From: Candidatus Nanohaloarchaea archaeon
GTDB taxonomy: Archaea > Nanohalarchaeota > Nanosalinia > Nanosalinales > Nanosalinaceae
Reading direction: 5' to 3'
DNA length: 24,205 bases
Assembly: GCA_041640075.1 (NCBI GenBank)
Contig: JBEQAY010000014.1
Span: 1 to 24,205 of the forward strand
The notes under the pieces were generated by a model. It made no database searches. It had not been told where the DNA came from and saw only the letters and a program-made list of their open reading frames with translations. Both the position numbers and the translations under genes were made by a program. Each line of letters begins with the position of its first letter. Positions within the stretch are counted from its first letter, which is position 1. This document shows positions 15,589-22,000 of this stretch, piece after piece.

Positions 15589-16914
15589 TTACTTCAACCT
15601 CGAGTATATACTGATCGAGTCAGTATCCGGTACCTGTTGCCCCAGGTAGTGTGGTATCCTAACCTCGTAGTCATAATTGTCAAATTCACCGTCGGTTGAA
15701 GGATTTATTTCTGTGACTATGACTATGTCTTGAGAACCGTCGTAGGGATCTCCCTGATCTGAATCGTACAGTAAACCTGTCTTGAAATTGTTGCTGGCCG
15801 AGGAGTTAGCAACAGGTACCTCCAACGTCCTCCCTGCGATATCCAGTTCTCTTCTTTCGTCCGCAATCCCATCTCCGTTGGAGTCCCAGAGCTGGCTGAT
15901 CGAATCGTTGTGTCCTCTGGTCTGAAGATTTTCTGCCACCTGAAGGAACTTGTCATCACCAATCGGCTCAAGATCCGGGAAACCAAAATTCGAATCAGAG
16001 TCAGCGAAGAACAGCAGACCTACGTCCTGTTCAGGGTCCCACCTGTAGATCGTTGTGTTATTTGCACCCAGTACAAGTTCGGAATCGCTCCCTCCATAAA
16101 GAATCTGATACGAGTCAACATCAATTATAGTGGATTCTATATTGTTAGATTCATTTGTCTCCTTGATCTCATCTTGAGGATCCGCCTCAACTGTAAACCT
16201 GAAAGGTCCAGCGGAGGGAGTCCATGTAAAGTTCGCCAGCGTACTGGAGTTTCTGGGAACTGTAAACTCTTTATCCCGGGTATCGGTATTTATCCACTCC
16301 GTTCCATTCCATGTTTCAATGTCAAGTCTCACACCGGTAGTTTCAGGATCTACTACCCCCTCGTTGGTTAAGTTCGAGACCACCTTAACCGGTACTCCTT
16401 CAACAGGTTCAGACTTATTCAGGGAGACGTTTGATACCTCTACACCCTTCTCCCCGTAATTAAATACGGATACGTTCTCCTCTATTACAGAGGTCGTGAA
16501 ATTAAACGAGTTTGCAGGTTCCGCATATCCTATGAATATCCTTGAACCGTTATCCTCAAAGTATGCCTCATAGAAATCAGTTGATGGGAGACCTGATAGA
16601 TTGAAATCTACTGATTCGGGGCTTCCTGCCTCGGTGTCTACTGTGAAGTTAGTTACATATCTCTGTCTAGTGGCATTGCTGAGGTAGAAGTCCAGCTCTA
16701 CACCTGCTGTATCCTCTGGATTTACTGAGAAGTTGGAGTAATCCAGTCCCGTTACCGGGGGATAGACACCTATCTTTGTGAAGTTTTCATCATCTGTAAA
16801 CTCCAGCTGTGCACTGAATTCCGGCTGCAGGATGTTTACTCCTGGTCCGATCTCTATTCCTCCTACAAAAGGGATGACAATTATTGAAATCAGTATCGCT
16901 GTTCTCTTCTTCAC
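15589..16914 (-). CDS. Secreted protein with a CARDB Ig-like domain and a C-terminal W-x-G family-like domain
   Basis: The likely start is the GTG at 16914 (MKKRTAILISIIVIPFVGG, signal peptide-like), with ATTAAA about 25 bp upstream. The CARDB-type segment is VSNLTNEG..FTWTP..FTVEADPQDEIKETNESNN. The C-domain reads YQILYG..LVLG..IYRW..LFFA..YDYEVRIP..ISIYSRL. Confidence 0.8.
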   Translation of the reverse strand: MKKRTAILISIIVIPFVGGIEIGPGVNILQPEFSAQLEFTDDENFTKIGVYPPVTGLDYSNFSVNPEDTAGVELDFYLSNATRQRYVTNFTVDTEAGSPESVDFNLSGLPSTDFYEAYFEDNGSRIFIGYAEPANSFNFTTSVIEENVSVFNYGEKGVEVSNVSLNKSEPVEGVPVKVVSNLTNEGVVDPETTGVRLDIETWNGTEWINTDTRDKEFTVPRNSSTLANFTWTPSAGPFRFTVEADPQDEIKETNESNNIESTIIDVDSYQILYGGSDSELVLGANNTTIYRWDPEQDVGLLFFADSDSNFGFPDLEPIGDDKFLQVAENLQTRGHNDSISQLWDSNGDGIADERRELDIAGRTLEVPVANSSASNNFKTGLLYDSDQGDPYDGSQDIVIVTEINPSTDGEFDNYDYEVRIPHYLGQQVPDTDSISIYSRLK

Positions 16915-17017
16915 AGTACGACATTTGTCGAGAAGGAATTTAATCTTTAATTGAAGATGCCTTTTTCCTTCATTTCTCGTTATCGTCAGGGTTACCTCTG
17001 AGTCAGCTCCCACGTCA

Positions 17018-17028
17018 ATTTATTAAAA
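17018..17028 (+). promoter_or_regulatory. Putative TATA box of the adhesin/giant-protein unit
   Basis: TTTATTAAAA lies about 25-35 bp before the ATG at 17053. Confidence 0.45.
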
Positions 17029-17052
17029 TGAACAACGCGCATTCTAGTATTA

Positions 17053-19038
17053 ATGAAACAGTTGAAGGCGGTGTTGATATTTTCTCTTCTCACTCTGTTT
17101 GCAGGAGTGGTTTCGGCACAGATTGGCCTGGAGTTTACCAACACCAGTCTTGATATGGGAGGTAATAACATCACCAATTTCTTCAACCAGGCCCAGTGTG
17201 GAGGAGACTCTGTGGTCCAGCAGGTCTATCCGAACGGCAGTTACGAATGTACTCCTGTTGATACACTGAGCGGTGCAGAAAATCTCTCTGAGACGCTTTC
17301 CGCAGGCAACATAGCAAACAGGAGCATAATCTTTTCACAGGGTATCCTTCTTGGAAACAGCCAGACCTCTTCATCTACGCCGTCAGGTGTGGCGGTTGGA
17401 AAGAACTCTTCAGTATCCTCGGATGATCCAGGCAGGGCAGCTACTGCAGTGGGTTCGGATACGAATGCCACGGGCAGAGCAAGTACGGCCGTAGGCCAGT
17501 CCTCTGGAGCGATAGAAAACTATTCAACAGCTTACGGAGGATACTCAAATGCCACGGATGAGTTCGCATCATCCTTCGGATACGGTAGTGAAGCCTCTGC
17601 AAAAGGTTCAGTTGCTATAGGTCCAAAGGCACAGTCAGTTAACCCTTATCAGACAACGATAGGAAATCTCAGGAACCAGAGGCAGGATCTTAATGTGACA
17701 GGAAACCTGTCTATCGCAGGTTCCAACATCCGCTTCACAGGTCAACAGTCAAATCTGACTAATTTCTTCAATCCTGACCAGTGTGGAGCAGATCAGGCGA
17801 TCAAGAAGATTTTTCCGAACGGGAGCTACATCTGTCTGGACGTGGTTGCAGTTTCAGGAGATGAGAATCTTTCCGAGACACTGGAGCAGGGTAATGAAGC
17901 AGGAGAGTACAACATAAATCTTGATAACAACAATTTGACAGAGGCTGACTCGGTATTCGTCCAGAGAAAACTGGATCTTGAGAATGCCATGATAACAAAG
18001 TACTTTGGAGAGGCATGTAAAACCGATTATGGTGTTACAGAGGTTTTCGACAACGGCTCGCTGAAATGTGAGACAGGATTGGTCCCAGGACCTTACCCAT
18101 CAAACCTCAGTGATACACTCTCAGTAGGACAGTCAGCAGGCGAGTTCTTCATCAACATGAACAACAACAGCATAAGAAATGCCTCCTACATCTCGATAGG
18201 TACCAGTCAGGGCCCTGAACCGGAGAAATCGTACATAAGTGAAACACAGATAGGTCCTGACAGAGACGACCTATCCATCAACACGTCAGGTTACATGCGG
18301 GCAGCATTCTCGAATAGATTTCAGTTCTATGACTCGGGTGAGAAGATAGCTGCGATTGATGCCGACCGTTTCGATCTGAACTCGACAGTGGATCTGGGAG
18401 ATAATGCAAGTATTCAGAGCTCCGACCAGAATCTTGCGCTTTACGCTGACCAAGGCTACAATATCAGCATGGTTTCACAGCAGGTTGATCTGAATAACTC
18501 GGAGCTACTGAACTACTTCGGGGATTCCTGCTCTTCAAACAGCTCTATTCAGGGAATCTATCCGAATGGAACATTCAAATGCCTTCAGATAGAGGCTGCA
18601 AGTGGAACAGAGGGATTGGCGACCACTCTAGCTCAGAGTGATGAAGCAGGAAACAACAAGATAAACATGTCCGGCAACAGGATCGTCAACCTCTCCGATC
18701 CTGAAGAGGCACAGGACGCAGTTACCAGGAGCTTCCTTCAGCAAAAGACAACAAACTCAACAGACATCTCTGACAATGGAGTTACCATTGTCCCGAGCAC
18801 ATCGGATGTGAACTTCGGAGACGGAATATCTGCTGAAGACGATGGTGATAACACGGCCACAGTAAAAATTAATGCTTCGGATATCGGAGCTACAGGAAAC
18901 TTGAATGAGACTCTTGAGAACGGAAACAGTGCCGGAAACAATTCAATAGATATGAATGGAAACGATATCGAGATGAATGGAGGAAATGTCACGGCAGGAA
19001 ACGCAGACGAGTTCTGTATAGGATACTGTGGAGGGTAA
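17053..19038 (+). CDS. Secreted fibre-like adhesin with YadA-head-like repeats and four C-x16-C repeat units
   Basis: The signal peptide ends VSA/Q. It has 14-residue repeats (ATAVG, STAVG, STAYG, ASSFG, SVAIG), four NFF/YF..C-x16-C..NLSETL..GN-x-AG units and the neck-like motif RIVNLSDPEEAQDAVT. It ends FCIGYCGG. Confidence 0.8.
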   Translation: MKQLKAVLIFSLLTLFAGVVSAQIGLEFTNTSLDMGGNNITNFFNQAQCGGDSVVQQVYPNGSYECTPVDTLSGAENLSETLSAGNIANRSIIFSQGILLGNSQTSSSTPSGVAVGKNSSVSSDDPGRAATAVGSDTNATGRASTAVGQSSGAIENYSTAYGGYSNATDEFASSFGYGSEASAKGSVAIGPKAQSVNPYQTTIGNLRNQRQDLNVTGNLSIAGSNIRFTGQQSNLTNFFNPDQCGADQAIKKIFPNGSYICLDVVAVSGDENLSETLEQGNEAGEYNINLDNNNLTEADSVFVQRKLDLENAMITKYFGEACKTDYGVTEVFDNGSLKCETGLVPGPYPSNLSDTLSVGQSAGEFFINMNNNSIRNASYISIGTSQGPEPEKSYISETQIGPDRDDLSINTSGYMRAAFSNRFQFYDSGEKIAAIDADRFDLNSTVDLGDNASIQSSDQNLALYADQGYNISMVSQQVDLNNSELLNYFGDSCSSNSSIQGIYPNGTFKCLQIEAASGTEGLATTLAQSDEAGNNKINMSGNRIVNLSDPEEAQDAVTRSFLQQKTTNSTDISDNGVTIVPSTSDVNFGDGISAEDDGDNTATVKINASDIGATGNLNETLENGNSAGNNSIDMNGNDIEMNGGNVTAGNADEFCIGYCGG

Positions 19039-19043
19039 TCATC

Positions 19044-22000
19044 ATGCGTAAGTCCCTAATGATTCTGTCTATTCTGTTACTGGTAGGTGCTGCAAGTTCA
19101 GCAGTAATAGAAGGGACGCAGATAGTCGACAGGGATGACATCGAGAACTATGATATCCAAATCACGTTCAGCCAAGATGTCTCCGAGGTAAACCTTTCGT
19201 ATCCATCAAACTTTGACTACCAGTTCGGCACACAGACTAACAACTTCTCCGGAGCATCCTTTAATGAAAATGGAGGCGACCTGATCTGGAGCGGATCCCA
19301 GATAGCTGAAGAAGGTCAGTCGTACTCCATAGGATTCGATATGGAGTCTGGTTCGATAGGGTTCTACGATTTCAACTTCACGTTCACCAACGCTACCGGG
19401 TACAGCTTTCAGGATGAACACGTTGTGAACTCCAGGGATATAGTTATAGTCTATAACTTGAGAAACAAGACCCTGTACCTGAATGACTCTGTGGACGTGA
19501 CCTCTGGAGCAATAGACAAAGAACTCTCAGATACCTCATCAGAGGATGTGGCCAACGCAGAATTCAACTTCACACTTGATGGAAACTCTCTAGAAAGCAT
19601 ACTTGATCTTACCACGAACGATATCGGGGCATTCGATTACCTTTTTGATCCTGAAGTAGGTCCTGGAACCCACCAGCTGAATGCAAGCTACATGTCTGAA
19701 AACGGTATATTCGGTTATGAAGCAAAACAGTTCAATGTTCTCCCGACAACCAACCTGAGCTCAACAGTATATGATTCCGGGACAACTCCCCAGATAGATA
19801 ATCCTGAGGTAAAGCTCGCAGCAAACTTTGAAACCGAGTGGGATGGATCAGACATAACCGGTCCGGACACTGATGTGTCTCTAGGTGTATTCAACGCTTC
19901 GAGTGGTTCTTTGGTTTCTTCTAAGTCTATGGTTTATAATTCGTCTTCTTCTCGTTATGAGGCCAGTTTCTACCCTTCCGGACAGGGCCAGTTCGACTAT
20001 ACAGTAACTGCAACCACTGAAAAAACGGTAGACGGTCTTGAATACAACGATTCCTCAACCGATGGTTCATTCACCTTTGACGACCCAACAAAGCTCTCTG
20101 CTTCAACCCAGAACCCCCAGAACGTCACAGATGTCGATGAAAACATAGAGATAAGGGGTACTTTCACGAGACTCTGGAACAGCAGCTCAGTGGATCCATC
20201 TGATACTGATTTGCTGTTGAGTATCGTAGATCCTGATTCAGGGACTGTTGTTTCAGATCAGTCCATGGCTTTTGATTCAGGTGATTCTCGCTGGGAATAC
20301 AGTTTAGACCCGTCCAAGACAGGAACCTACAGCTATACTATAGATGTCGACTCCACAAAGACAATCCAGAACTATCCGCTCAAGCAAAAAACAGTATCAG
20401 GAGAAATAGAATCGAAGAATATCACGATTGACTCCCAGAGCAGTCAAGATCTTATAGATCCTGGCCAGACAACAAGCCTGTTTGGAGAAGTGACTCTGGA
20501 AGGTACAGGCCAGATATCCACGTCAGAAATAGTTAAGGAATGGATAAACAACACTTTCAGTCAAGACCTATCCCTGAACAGCACAAGGCAGTTCCAGAGA
20601 GACTATACACCATCAGATCCCGGGATAAAACCCTTCAAATTCAATATTACAAACTCAAACGGCATTTACGGGTTCGACACGCTTGACGTAAATGTCAGAC
20701 CTATTACAGATCTCTCTTCAACTGTTTTTGATCCAGGTCCGACTGCAGAACTGGATAATCCCGAGGTCATAATTACAGGCGATTACCAGGAGTCCTGGAC
20801 CGGAGATGATATCACAGGACCAGAGACAGACGTCACATTGGAGGTTTCCAACGCTTCGAGTGGTTCTTTGGTTTCTTCTAAGTCTATGGTTTATAATTCG
20901 TCTTCTTCTCGTTATGAGGCTAGTTTCTATCCTTCCAATCAGGGCAACTATGATTACGAGATACTTGCTAACACAACAAAGAAATATGATAGCCTGAGCT
21001 ACGAGAACGAGAGCTTCTCAGGCACCTTCACCTTTGATGATCCGACCAGGCTATCGCTAGACACCGCAAACCCGGTTAACGTAACAGATATTGATTCAAG
21101 CATCGAGATAAGAGGCAGTCTCACCAGACTGTGGGATTCGAGCCCGGCAAGCAGCTCCGAGACCGATCTCCTCCTGACGGTCCAGGATCCGGACTCAAAC
21201 ACGGTCCTGACTGATCAGCCGATGAGCTACGACTCGGGAGCCAACCGTTGGGAGTCCACCTTCAACCCATCCAAACTGGGGACCTACACCTACACTGTTC
21301 AGGTCGATTCAACCCAGCAGATAGAGAACTACGCCTTCAGAAACCAATCCAAAAACGGCGAACTCTACTCGAGAAATATAACCATCTCAGCCAATCTCAA
21401 CGACACAGACATAAGCTCCAGCGCAGTCACAAACCTCTCAGGAAACATAGATCTACAGCTATCAGACACCAATTCACAGCCGGTATCAAATGAACAGGTA
21501 GGCGTATGGGTGGCAGATAACCTGATAACAGGTTCAGCATTCTACAACTTCACGACATGTGGAGCCACCGGGCCGAGCGGTCCATCACAGAGTGACTGTG
21601 ACTCAGCCTACTCAGGCACCAGTCTTGAGAACAGTGTCAACGTAGTAGGTGACGGAATCCAGGAATGGACCGTTCCGTTTTCAACAACCTATGAAATCTA
21701 TGCAAAAGGAGGAGCAGGTGGACAGGGATGTGACTCAGGTTCTCCATGTACTGACACAACATCTCCCGGTAGAGGAGCCATAATTGAAGCAAGTTTCGAG
21801 CTGGATGGTGGTGAAACACTGCAGATACTTACAGGTCAGAAAGGAGTAGATGCTAATGATGGAGACGGAGGTGGAGGAGGTGGAGGAGCCTCATTCGTTG
21901 CACCTGCATCCAACCCTAGCTCGCCCTACCTCATCGCAGGTGGAGGAGGTGGAGGAGCAGAGGAATCCAATGGTCAAGATGCGAATACCGGAACTTCAGG

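Noticed and set aside
4233..16914. Type IV pilus or archaellum interpretation of the central locus
   Set aside because: No class III signal peptides, PilB/ArlI ATPase or PilC/ArlJ platform protein are recognisable, and the only ATPase is MoxR-type.
16919..16930. Short inverted repeat CGACA-TT-TGTCG before the GTG at 16914
   Set aside because: Five-bp arms are expected by chance, and I noticed no second copy.
16915..17013. N-terminal 33 codons of the ORF-track call 15589..17013
   Set aside because: A signal peptide and TATA spacing support the GTG at 16914, and the extension runs through the intergenic promoter region.
19892..20936. The repeat pair as a diversity-generating retroelement TR/VR
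   Set aside because: There are only two mismatches, both synonymous. Both copies are in frame in the same ORF, and no reverse transcriptase is in the window.
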